Of a stretch of DNA of 64,000 nt, positions 22,680 through 35,214 are shown piece by piece. This DNA is from Octopus sinensis (taxonomy: Eukaryota). The first letter of the stretch is position 1. Every line of letters begins with the position of its first letter. The DNA is taken from NCBI RefSeq assembly GCF_006345805.1, contig NC_043006.1:41106001-41170000 (forward strand), given 5' to 3'. The notes beneath the pieces are model-generated. The model ran no database searches and had not been told where the DNA came from. It saw only the letters and a list, made by a program, of their open reading frames with translations. The position numbers and the translations under genes are program-made.

Positions 22680-24035
22680 GCTATTTTAATTACATCGACC
22701 CCAGTGCCCAACTGCCACTAATTTCATCGACCGAAGGAATGAAAAGCAAAGTCAACCTCTTAGAATTCGAACTCAGATCGTTAAGCCGGACGAAAAGTCG
22801 CTAACCGTTTTGTCCAACCTGCTAACGTTTCTGCTAGTCTGCTGCCTTAAACGGAAGAAGAAATATTTAAAAAAAAATTTTGACACAAGGAAGCCAGCAA
22901 TTTCGTGGCGTAGGGTAAATCGATGACATCGAGCCGAATGCTTAACTGACACTTTTGTTATCGGCCTCGAAAAAATGAAAGGTAAAGTCGACCTAAGTTG
23001 AATTTGAATTCAGAAGGTAAAATGTGGATGAAATATCGCAAAGCACTTTGCTCCTTAAATGGCAGGGGGAATATTATTTTCTTTTGTTTTCAACACTAGA
23101 CACAAGGCCCGAAATTTTTGGGAGAGGGGCCAGTCGATTACATCGCCCCAGTACGCAACTGGTACTTAATTTATCGAACCAGAAAGGATGAAAGGCAAAG
23201 TCGACCTCGGCGGAATTTGAACTCAGAACGTAACGGCAGACGAAATAACGCTAAGCGCTTCGCCCGGCGTGCTAACGTTTCTTATTTTTTTATTGCCCAC
23301 TAGAGGCTAAACATAGAGAGGACAAACAAGAACAAACAAAGGGATTAAGTCGATTACATCGACCCCAGTGCGTAACTGGTACTTAATTTATCGACCTGAA
23401 AGGATGAAAAGCAAAGTCAACCTCGGAGAATTTGAACTCAGAACGTAACGGCAGACGAAATAACGCTAATCATTTCGTCTGGCGTGGTAACGTTTCTGCC
23501 AGCTCGCTGCCTTAAGTGGCAGTGGAATATTTTTTTCTATTCTAGGCATGAGGCCCGAAATTTGGGGGGAGCGGGCCAGTAGATTAGATCGACCCAGTAC
23601 GCAACTGGTACTTATTTAATCGACCCCGAAAGGAAGAAAGGCAAAGTCGACCTCGGCGGAATTTGAACTCAGAACATAAAGACAGACGAAATACCTATTT
23701 CGATTTCTTTACTACCCACAAGGGGCTAAACACAGAGGGGACAAACAAGGACAGACAAACGGATTAAGCCGATTACATCGACCCCAGTGCGTAACTAGTA
23801 CTTATTTAATCGACCCCGAAAGGATGAAAGGCAAAGTGGACCTCGGCAGAATTTGAACTCAGAACGTAACAGCAGACGAAATACCTATTTCTTTACTACC
23901 GACAAGGGGCTAAACACAGAAGAGGACTTATTTAATCGACCTCGAAAGGATGAAAGGCAAAGTCGACCTCGGCGGAATTTGAACCCAGACCGTAACGGCA
24001 GACGAAATACTGCTAAGCATTTTGCCCGGCGTGAT
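22680..24035 (-). mobile_element. Head-to-tail array of SINE family A copies and multimers
   Basis: At least seven B-box/Meta-like units, all on the minus strand. Confidence 0.9.
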
Positions 24036-24064
24036 GACAGCGGAATATTGAAGAGAAAATGTTG

Positions 24065-24360
24065 TGGGTCGGTGAGCATTCATTTTGTGTCATGTTGAGT
24101 CTTCATGAGAACTACATTAAGTGCATGTGTAGGTATGAAGTGCTCGACCACCTGGAAGTTAACTCCACGAGCAGGCTGTTACGTTGATCGGATCAACTGG
24201 TGTCTCGTCGTCATGTCATCACGAGAACTACGTTAAGTGTACGTGTACGTATGACGTTATCGACCACCTGGAAGTTAACTCCACGAGCAGGCTGTTCCGT
24301 TGATCGGATCAACTGGAAGTCTCGTCGTCGACGTCGTTGTCATCATAACCGACGGAGCGC
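24065..24360 (+). mobile_element. Two tandem 3' tails of SINE family C
   Basis: gagaactac.ttaag..ccacgagcaggctgtt.cgttgatcggatcaactgg occurs twice. Confidence 0.8.
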
Positions 24361-24654
24361 CATTGGTATATGCGTGAGGCTACTCTATGGTACGCCTGCT
24401 TATGCCGTAAGCACACGTGTGATTGTCAAGGTATGTTCACTCTACGATATTCTAATGGAGAATATTTGGAATGTTTTCAAATTTTCAGATATAGAATCTT
24501 TTGAATATCTTACCAATTTTGACTCTGACACTAATTGATTATGTTTGAAAGTTGCGAACCAGTTCTTCTTGTTCTTCCCGTATATGTCCGTATAAACGAT
24601 ATCTATATCTAATATCTATGTATCTATGCAGGCACAGATTTGTATGCATCTTCG

Positions 24655-24670
24655 TATATACATACATACA

Positions 24671-24729
<59 letters not shown>

Positions 24730-24750
24730 TATATATATATTATATATATT

Positions 24751-24805
<55 letters not shown>

Positions 24806-24812
24806 GCATATA

Positions 24813-24848
<36 letters not shown>

Positions 24849-25074
24849 CATATAATATATACACATATATATAAATATATATACATATATATATATGTAT
24901 ATGTATATGTATATATATACATATATATGCATATATATATACATATATATACATATATATATACATATTATATATATATATATATTATATATATACATAT
25001 TTATATATATATACATATATATGCATCTTCACGTATATATGTATATATATATATATGTGTGTATGTATGTGTGT

Positions 25075-25114
<40 letters not shown>

Positions 25115-25120
25115 GTATAT
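24655..25120. repeat. Long (AT)n/(AC)n/(GT)n array
   Basis: Direct reading. Confidence 0.95.
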
Positions 25121-25479
25121 ATGAACAAATTCCAAGAAAATTTGAATACTTTAAGACGAAGACATCAAACTCACCAGCATACGATCAGCTCAGTAAATGA
25201 AATGTCAAAACACAATGAGGAGATAAACCTACGTGAAGGGAAATAAACGCTTGATGAATTTTCTTCATGAATTTTCTCTGTTGTCCTGTCACTTCTTACT
25301 TTCTTATTTTACTGAAGTAGATTTATTTCTCATCACTCTATTTCTCTTTTTGTATTTCCTCTACATTGCTTTATCATTTCTATTACTTGCCGGCTGTCAG
25401 TCTGTTTTCGTTTTAAATCTATACGTGGTTGAGCAAACTATCGTTTCCTTTTCCCCTAATCTCCACCTATCCTTTTCAA

Positions 25480-25480
<1 letters not shown>

Positions 25481-25566
<86 letters not shown>

Positions 25567-25576
25567 GATCTATCTA
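25481..25576. repeat. (TCTA)n microsatellite
   Basis: Direct reading. Confidence 0.95.
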
Positions 25577-27285
25577 ACGCAAAACACGAAGGGTGTGTCG
25601 TCAGAGCTAGGATGCGTGCTCTAAGGAAATGAAGGTGTTGTAGCCGCGCGAGAGGCCCGGGTGGTGGAGGTGCAACAAGGCAACAAAGCCACCATTCGAT
25701 CTCTGGTAGCTGAACAGGGGTGGGAATTACTCGAGCCAAGTAAAATGTGTGAGGCTTTTCAACAGCATTTTGCCCGGCTGTTCGGGACGATTGGCGAGCA
25801 AGAACACAGAGTGGACTTCAGTGCCTTCCTGCACAGCCTGCCACGACTCTCGACAAAAGAGGCAAGGTGCTGCAAAGGTGCCATTACGGTGGCGGAAGTG
25901 CGGGACGCGATGGCAGAATGCTCGAGGATCAAACCGCCGGGTGTGGATGGTCTACCCTACGAGATTTACAGTTGTACGCCAGACTTGTTTGGAGACGTCT
26001 TGGTAGCAGCGTACTGCAACTGACAGCAAAACGGGAGCATGCCCGGTTTTGTGAACCGAAGAGCCGTAACCCTGCTGAAGAAAGACCGAAACAAGGGGAA
26101 CGTAATAGATAATTTTAGGCCCATCACTCTGCTCAATACAGACTTGTGTTAGCCAAAAGGTTGGCGCTGGTCATCGAGAAACTGGTCGACAAGGCGCAAA
26201 CGTGCACCGGGCCGGGCCGGGCCGGAGCATCCATGACAATCTCCATCTAATGCGCTACATCATAGACAGGGTAGTTAAGGAACTTGGTATTGGTGGGGCT
26301 CTGATCAATTTGGATCAATCAAAAGCTTTCGATAGGGTAGACCATCGATACTTGGAGAGTGTCCTCATAGCAGCTGGTTTCGGTCCCGTCTTCCGCGGCT
26401 GGACAGCTGCTTTGCACAGAGGCATCCGTTCGGTAATTCACGTAAATGGACATCTATCGAGACCTTTCGATATTGCACGTTCGGTCCGTCAGGGATGCTC
26501 CCTCTCGTCGCTTCTATACGTATTGACTCTCGAACCACTTCTGCGGAAGCTGGTGCCGCTGAGGGGCATCCTGCGAGAATTGGGATGCGGGACGAGCGTG
26601 TCTGCATACACGGTTGATGATGCGCAAACATGCGCTGAGACTGCGACATCTCTGGAGGCGCGCTTTCCCGCAGCTCGTCTCCGTGACCAAACTGCAGTCG
26701 TGGATCAAAAAGAGGCCGAGGAATGGCGTATGGCACCGCGAGTGTCGCGTTGCTCTCTTGCAACTATGCCGTCCCGGGTCGACCTTGAGCGACTTCAACA
26801 CAACCAAAACTTTCTATAGGGGCTTAGTGGAGGGGAGGCACGACGACGATCTCTATGCGAACCTGGGCGTCGACGAGGAAAACTTGACCCGCCTGTTCAA
26901 GACGATTTTCGGGCCGGGACCTATGGAAAACTTCCAGAGATCCCTAGCCTGGCAGTGCTATCGAGAAGCACTACCCGTTCGGGAAAGGCACTACAGGTAT
27001 GGCTCGTGAAACACGGGGCCGGCCGTGGAAAATAGAGAGTCACTTACTGTAATGTGTTTTTTGCATGATATTATTGCTCAAGGTTATCGTGGTCTTTTCC
27101 GTAGGCTTTTCTTTCCATGGATAAACCTAATCTGTTACCCCTTTTTAAATTATGACCTTTCTGTGACACACGATCCCTATTGATCACCCCTACCCACTTT
27201 TTTCTCCACGATCCCTTTCATGGAAATACTATCCCGCCTCTTTTTTACCTCTCAAAAAGAAAAGCCATATGTGGCCAAAAAAGAA
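25577..27285 (+). mobile_element. 5'-truncated, internally deleted Tx1/L1-clade LINE (ORF2 remnant plus 3' UTR)
   Basis: KPPGVDGLPYEIY, NFRPITLLNTD, LDQSKAFDRVDH, SVRQGCSLS. A deletion begins at the YADD motif (SAYTVDD). GC-rich, with A-rich end ggccaaaaaagaaa. Confidence 0.92.
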
Positions 27286-27289
27286 ACAT

Positions 27290-27376
27290 ATCTCTCTCTC
27301 TCCCTCTATGTATGTATGTATGTATGTATGTATGTATGTATGTATGTATGTATATGTATGTATGTATGTATGTATG

Positions 27377-27415
<39 letters not shown>

Positions 27416-27579
27416 TCTATCTATCTATCTATTTATCTATCTATCTATCTGTCTGTCTATCTGTCTATCTGTCTGTCTATCTGTCTGTCTGTCTGTCTTC
27501 TGTCTATCTGTATGTCTGACTCTTTATGTATGTATGTATCTAGCCATCTGTCTGTCTGAGTGTCTGTCTCTCTCTTCAC

Positions 27580-27675
<96 letters not shown>

Positions 27676-27850
27676 GTAGCTATCTATGTATCTATCTATA
27701 TATTTATCTGTCTGTCTGTCTTTCTGTCTATCTGTTTTTCTGTCTGTCTGTCTCTATATGTATGTATATACGTACGTATGTATGTATATATGTATATATG
27801 TCTGTATGTATGTATGTATCTATCTGTCTGTCTGTTTGTCTGCTTTTCAT
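27290..27850. repeat. (TATG)n(TATC)n(TGTC)n compound array
   Basis: Direct reading. Confidence 0.95.
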
Positions 27851-29049
27851 ATCTCTATCTGTTTATGTTCTTGATTTATTTTTAAAATGAATGTTATGAA
27901 AGAAAATGCGAGCCCAACACAGAAACAATACCCTTTTATTGAAGTTTGAACAGCATGAACTAAGTCAGTGATACAGAATGTCGGTCACAAATCCCAGAAA
28001 TAAGCCATAAAAAGCGCGTTTAGTGGGCCACGGTGACATGTATGCACTTAGGAAAGAGTTGTATGTTTATTGATCACCAGGACAAGGAACAACGACGCCA
28101 TTAAATTTGTACAGATGTTATGGTTCTCGTTCGCTTTAGGAACATGTATGAGTACGATTGAGATTGAAGAACATGAAGTTGGGAATGAACAAAACGAAAC
28201 TTGACTATCATGAGTAAGAGGAACGAATAAGCAATTGGACATGCATAGAAATCCAGGTATAAATTTCTGTCTTAAAATTTCAAATAGAATTATTCGTTCA
28301 CATTTCGAGATGAGCTGTCGATTTGCAGTTACTGTTTACATGATAAATAAAAAGGAAACCTTATAGTAATGACATTTGACAACCAGCTTTTAAGCATTTC
28401 ATTATTCGTTTCGCTTACTTATGAAACGTAAATTCGTTTTTGTACATCTTTAACTTCATTTTCAATCCCACACTTAGGATTTTTTAGACTTTCCTGCCAC
28501 TTAAATACCGATAGGTATCTCAGAATACCCGAAATCAAAAAGGATAATGAAACAGACATTTTCCTCAATCATAAATCCCTCTGTTTTGGACCCTGTTTTG
28601 GTTTGCAACGTTATGTCAATGTTATACAATCTGGTCTGATGACATAAGACCGGTTGGTATAACTTTATATCCTTGGAATAGGAGACACTGTCTATTCTGA
28701 GATTCCACTATGGTGGGCACAGTCTACTCAGAGATTCCACTATGCTTCCAAGCATTTTCTTAATTGTGGTGTTTCTATGGTTTTGCTAATTGATTGGCAG
28801 AACATAAACAAAAGCGAAAAAAGAAAAGAAAAAATCCAAAAGTTCTAGATCGTCTACCAATTTTATTTTCAATCTTTTTCATTTTTGAAATCACTGATGT
28901 TTGCACTTATTTCACAGAATTATTTTTGTCTGACTTTGGTTTAAAATCTTTTTCAAGCAAGTTGTTTGAAAAACGGGTTAGCCATTGTACAAGACGATGC
29001 TGACAACATGCCCTCTTCTCTTCTGCTAATCTGTTTTTGAAGTGAATTG

Positions 29050-29250
29050 CTTCCACTTATTATTATCCTTTGTCTCTTTTGTCTTTGTTTCAGTCATTGG
29101 ACTGCGACCATGCTGGGGCACTATCTTGACCGGTTTAGTCGAACAAATGAATGCACACTTATTTTGCCGAGCCACCAAATTAAGGGAATATAAGCGAATC
29201 AACACCATTTTCAAGCGGTGGTGTGGGACAAACACAAATCGCCATACATA
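29050..29250 (-). mobile_element. SINE family B 3' part
   Basis: gtttcagtcattggactgcgaccatgctgggg..aagcggtggtgtgggacaaacac. Confidence 0.7.
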
Positions 29251-29587
29251 CACACACACATATATAAGTCTGTATGTGTGTGTATGTGTGAATGGCTGTG
29301 TGAATGTATGTGTGTGTGTATATGTGTGAGTGTGGGTTTATGTGTATGTATGGATCAGCGTACGGAAATTTATTCTGAAGTGGATTAAATAATCTAACTA
29401 TTATTAATATGACATACTTAAAGCATGTGCAAGATTAAACGCCGTACAGCTGAGTTATTTCGTCTGATGAAGATCCCTTTAAAGATGTATTGTGTTGAAA
29501 AACATAGCAAACTTCAACGCTAGACGATACCAGTTCGCCCCAGAAGGGAAAAAGAGTGTCGCATATCGATATTTCGCGGTCGTTTCC

Positions 29588-29672
29588 GCTCCACAGTACC
29601 ATACACTCGTCTACCAGCGAAATGACCTGCTCCACAGTACCATACACTCATCCACCAGCGAAATGACCTGCT
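29588..29672. repeat. 41-bp tandem duplication
   Basis: gctccacagtaccatacactc..ccagcgaaatgacct occurs twice with 2 mismatches. Confidence 0.9.
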
Positions 29673-29988
29673 TTGGTCAGCTAGAAGTATGTGTACAAAT
29701 AGTGTAAAAGCTGTATGTATACATACCATTAGCCGGCCGAACCAGGCTATTTTGGCGTTCAATGAGTTCATTGCACTGAAAGAGCAAATGACTGCGAAAT
29801 ATAAATAGCTGTCACTCTCACCTCGGGGCGTTTTTCTTTCGCTTAGCTTTGCTTCAAGGTATTCTGTATTTTTGAATGCAATATGTCCTTAAAAGGGTTT
29901 ACTCTGGATGTAGTGCCGCATTTTCACAATGCTTAATCACATAAATTAAGTATGCCATATCAATAATGTCTACATATACGTATGTGTG

Positions 29989-30070
<82 letters not shown>

Positions 30071-30146
30071 AGTTATATGTGATTGAGAAAGACAAATCTT
30101 ACCACTCAGCCACGTCTGCGCCTATTACATATCAGTACATATAGTG

Positions 30147-30460
30147 TGGAGGGGCAATGGCACAGTGGTTAGGGCAGCGGACACGTGGTCGTAGGATCGT
30201 GGTTTCGATTCCCAGACCGGGCTTTGTGAATGTTTATTGAGCGAAAACACCTAAAAGCTCCACGAGGCCCTAGCAGTGGGTGGTGGTGATCCCTGCTGTA
30301 CTCTTTCACCACAACTTTCTCTCACTCTTTCGTCTGTTGGCCTGCTCGCTTAGCCAACAAGGTGGCGTCATTGAAGGCTAAAACAATGCGAAGCGCATTG
30401 TGACCAGCAATGTGTAGTAACATCTGATGGCCTGGTCGGTTACGTGATCATGTGATGACA
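30147..30460 (+). mobile_element. SINE family C with an alternative tail
   Basis: Family C head and body, followed by ttggcctgctcgcttagcc..tcacgtga-like tail. Confidence 0.8.
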
Positions 30461-31171
30461 TATATTTTATAAATGTTGTCATTATGTAGCTACCAAGAGG
30501 ATGTTAGCCGTTGTGATAAAGTTAACACCCCAATGTTTTGTTTAGCGAAAACGGTGAAGAGAAATAAGATATAGATAATAATAAGTAGAAGCATTTCACT
30601 TGAAAAACAGATTGACAGTGACGAGTGGGTGCTAGCTGCATTGCCTTGTACAGTGGCAAGCGCGATTTTCAATCTCCTTGTACCAACCGATACATAGTAA
30701 GCAAAATTAACCTTACGCAGAAATACTCGTGAATATCGGTGTGAGATTTGTAGGAAAACGATCTCTTCAGAACACGAAGTTAACCCGTGCAAAAAGTGCA
30801 CAATGGGGAACAATCATCACCAGTGGATAGCATGGGTTTTTGTCGATTACTTTTATGATCAAATGAATGCTTTCTGAGAAATAGTATCGTTATAAAATAT
30901 TTCCCTACATTAAACAATTTCAGGATCGATTACTTTATGCTTGCAAATACAAACTTATACACTTTGGGCGATGAATATCTTTGAAGTAATTTCAAACATC
31001 AAACATTTAACTGTTGCTTGAACATTGAGTTTTGGTTTTATTTGGTCAATGTTTTGGTACATTCTTAGATGATAGAGCAAAAAAATACTGTGGTCATGAC
31101 AAAGAAAAGGTAGCGTATTGCTGAGCTAAGCAGTCGCATGTGTACGTACCTACACTTGTACACATGTGTAT

Positions 31172-31278
31172 ATCATTATTCAGATTCATTTCAAGATTGC
31201 TTGTCAATAAAGAACCGAATTCTAACCTAAATACAAGGTTCCTTCATTGGAATTTCAACATCAATACGGTATTTTTGC
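31172..31278 (-). repeat. Third copy of the ~100-bp hairpin element
   Basis: Reverse complement matches 11986-12084. Confidence 0.8.
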
Positions 31279-31670
31279 ATGTATGTGCATATTAGTGTGC
31301 AGTATTTGGAATCAGTACATGTGCAGATTTGTTTTGTTTTATGTATGTATTCTCATGCATATAGTTTCATGTATAGACATGCGCATATATACATAAATGG
31401 TAAACTTCTGGAAAGTTATATAAATTTACGTCACACGTACTGAGAAGAGCATTGTCGATGTGAATTTTCTTTCCTGCCCCCTTCCTTTTGTTTGTTTCCT
31501 TTTCCATTTTTATTTTCCCCTTTTTCTCTATCACATACCTTTGTAAACGAACAATCTGGTGTGTTTATTTTAATGGCCTACCAATGTATACACTTCGTTT
31601 CTGTGGCCTAAGTGTCAGGAAAACACTCGGCAAGAAATGAAAACTGAAGTGAAAGAAGATGATGATGATG

Positions 31671-31716
<46 letters not shown>

Positions 31717-31863
31717 TAATAATATTTTGAATTTAGGCTTTAAGTATGAATCTAACGAAAAACTAGCTTACTGTTTGAATTTTACGATATCTTCAAAAGT
31801 AGTAGGAGATAGTGTGTGAGTGTGTGTATGTGAGTATGTGTGTGTGTGTGTGTGTTGTGTGTG

Positions 31864-31894
<31 letters not shown>

Positions 31895-32099
31895 GGGCCA
31901 TAGAGAGAGTGGGGGTAAGAAGACAAAGAGAAAAAGAGAGAAAGAGTGAAAGAGGAAATACATGTGCTTTCAATAATAGATTCAGAATTGTATTGTAACA
32001 TATGTCTATGAATGGATAGAGGTGTGAATTTTAGGAATGTAGGCTTTAAGCAAGCAAAAAGAAGTCTGGATCTAACAAAAAACTAGTTCACTGTTTGAT

Positions 32100-33597
32100 G
32101 CTCAGTGACCTCTTCATGGATGATCTGAAACTGTATGGCAAAAATGAGACACAAGTGCGTTGCTTGGTGAACACGGTCTACTGGTTTAGTAGTGACATTA
32201 GAATGGAATTTGGACTCAAGAAGTGCAGAATAATCTGCATAAAAGGGGCAAGATACTGTCCGTAGCATGGATAGAATTACCGAATAGAGATTTGATTAAG
32301 CAAATTGAAACGGAAAGATACAAATACCTTGGTGTACTAGAGCTCAACGAGATAATGGAAAAGGAAATGAAAGAGCAACTGAGGATGGAATATTTCCGAA
32401 GACTGAGGTTGGTGCTGCGCTCAAAATTGACTGGATGGAATAAAATCCACGCAGATAATATGGAGCAAGAATTATAAAATGGCAAGAGAGAGAAATGAAG
32501 AAAATGGATAGCAAGACCAGAAAAAATGTTGACAGTACACGGAGCCTTCCACCTTAAGAGTGACACTGAAAGATTGTACTTGTCCAGACAGAAGGGTGGG
32601 AGAGGCATGGTTAGTTTCCAGGACTGTATCAAAGCAGAGGAAAACAGCCTAGGGTGGTATATATAGAAATATGTCATGGAGCCACTGCTGAAACACACGA
32701 AGGAGGCCGGCGTCATCAAACTGTGTAACTATAGAAGTATTTAAACAAGAAATGAACAAAAAAATAGCATGAAAGGAAAAGAAAATGTACAGTCAGTTTG
32801 CAAGAGATGTGAACTCTAAGACAGATGCAGAGGACCAGTGGCTATGGATGAGGAGGAGTGACCTGAAGATAGAGACAGAAGCACTCATATGCACAGCTCA
32901 GGGACAAGCGTTAAGGGCAAATTATATGAAGTGCAGAAAAGACAACACTACCGCTAGCGACAAATGCAGGATTTTCGGTGAGAGGGGTGAAACGGTATGG
33001 CACATCGTTTGTGAATGCCCGAAATTGGAACAACGCGAATGGAAAAGACGCTATGACAATGTGGCAAGAATGATCCATTGAGAACTCTGTGGAAATCGCG
33101 GCCTACAATGAGCAAAGACGTGATATCAGCAAACCCCCAGGAGTCACCGAAAAGGAAAATTGCAAAATCCTGTGAGATGCTATGATTCAGTGCGATCACC
33201 TGATCAGACATCGGAAACTGGACATTGTTGTGGTGAATAAAAAACGAAGAACATGTATAATAATCGACATAGCATGCCCCGGTGACAACAAGATCAATGT
33301 GAAAGAAGAAAAAATAAACAGCTATGACGATTGAAAGTGGGAGATACGAAGGTTGTATTCAATGAAGAGAGTAGACGTGATACCAATAGTAATTAGTTCA
33401 CTTGGAAGTATCAGCACTCAACTATCAACTTGGCTGAAAAAGATTGGTGCAAGTGCAAAGGTAGAACACCTACAAAAGTCAGCACTGCTCGGAAGTGCAA
33501 GAATTCTTCGCAGGGTTCTTGAAGCATGACTAGTAAAGCAAGTGCCACCTTGGTCTGCTGGTTGTGGACAGCAGACGCTTTCCATCATACCCAGCAA
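32100..33597 (+). mobile_element. 5'-truncated R4/Dong-clade retrotransposon (RT C-half, CCHC, RLE)
   Basis: LFMDDLKLYGK, YKYLG, RLYLSRQKGGRG, ETEALI..AQ, CRI..ETVWHIVCEC, KLDIVV, IIIDIACPGD, stop at 33527-33529, and a short 3' UTR running into AAT/AAC repeats. Confidence 0.93.
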
Positions 33598-33756
33598 TAT
33601 AATGATAATAACAACAACAAAATTTTTTTACACAGAGGTAAATTTTCCTTGCTTCTTTCCGAGGGGTGATAAATTAAAGTACCAGTCAAGTACCAGGATC
33701 GATGTTAACGTAAACTTCTTCCCCAAGATTATTAGCCTTGAGCCTTAATCAGAAAT

Positions 33757-33767
33757 TAATAATAATG

Positions 33768-33824
<57 letters not shown>

Positions 33825-33836
33825 GTAATAATAATA

Positions 33837-33871
<35 letters not shown>

Positions 33872-33872
33872 A
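33757..33872. repeat. (AAT)n(GAT)n array following a family A SINE fragment
   Basis: Direct reading. Confidence 0.9.
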
Positions 33873-34731
33873 ATTTATTTGTCACAAAAGCATTTGATGC
33901 GGATAAAATGACAAAGACTGGTCACAAATATTGGGAGAAAAGGTTACTTAAAAAGATGAGAGTAAGAAAGGGAGAGAAGGGAAGATGAGATTAAAAAGTA
34001 CGCATTGTACACAAAATATGTTGAATACAGGGATGGATGAAATACGTCTGATACAGAACTTTCATCTAGGGCCACTGTAGACCCCAACAGATCTGGGGCC
34101 GTCTTGTCCACAACTGCTATATTAAAACAGAGCGCATATAAAATTATATAAAACACAATAATTTTTTAAAATGTTGAAATTAAATCGTGAACCACAAATT
34201 AGGTTGCTATCTTTATGCGATTGAAAATCCATCGAGTTTGGATAAAAGCAACTCATCCCTTTCACCACATTCCGCTCCTAGTTCACTCCACTTATTACAC
34301 TATCTGCATAGTTTCCTTCCAGGTTGTCCAACAGGTTGTCCAAGTCTGATGTGAAAACCCATGTATTCCTCGCCGTCTGATGTGGAGATGGCTTCCAGAC
34401 CATGCAACTTCAAACCATTTTCTTTGGGTTCAGTTATTTTTTTCCATGTTTACGCTTATTTTTCCTTTTTTTGCCATAAGCCCCAGTTGCCACTCCAATT
34501 CCACCCCCAATGGACCCCAGCATCGCAAGACGGTTCAGTTCTGGTCTTGGAAGGGAGCCCCTTTGTCCTCTAGCTGCCAGGACAAGTTTGTTTGGTACCA
34601 TGGGAAATGAATCCGGTGCTTCTGTAGAAACGATACTTTCTGGATCCTGTTTCCGTTGTTGATGGCTCGTCCGCCATTTTCTCCCCTCTTCTACCATTTC
34701 TACTCAACAGGACAGAAAACACTCAAATAAC

Positions 34732-35214
34732 TTACGTTTCCATATGTTTAAGAGTTGGGATCTTTGCTCTGTACAACGAACTGTATTGCTTTTCTTTTTC
34801 ACCCATGTTGGTGTACATGTCCCGAATGGCTTTATGGCCTTCGACGGTTGTATGTGTGACCATACTTACTACAAGTATCATATTTTTGGTCACCTCAGCT
34901 CCCACAATGTGACGGTACTGCACTGCAGAAGTAACGACTATTCCAGTGTCCTTATCACTACCGGTGTCAGTGAATGTGAATCTTATGTCCAGCTCCTATC
35001 TATATTGCATACAAGCCCTTGACATCTGGCATAAGAAATCAACCCAACGATTCAAATGGCCTTTACTCTTAAACAGCATATAGACAATCCCAAACGTTTT
35101 TCCTAGTTTGATAGAGAGCACAATATTCCATATATCGACTAGACGTTCATTCAGCAGCTTTTTTGTGAACATAGTGCAAACTGTTCTGTCGTTTGAAAGG
35201 TACAGCCATGTCAT
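34732..35214 (-). pseudogene. 483-nt frame with one internal TAG; possible decayed LINE ORF1
   Basis: ORFs 34996..35214 and 34732..34923 are in one frame, separated only by TAG at 34996-34998. A knuckle-like KYDTCSKYGH lies in another frame. Confidence 0.25.

Noticed and set aside
26365-26807. Minus-strand ORFs of 132 and 97 aa
   Set aside because: Antisense shadows of the GC-rich Tx1 ORF2.
29460-29530. Other CTGATGA occurrences (29464, 28618, 60107)
   Set aside because: No correctly spaced stem II, GAAA and stem I, so not hammerheads.
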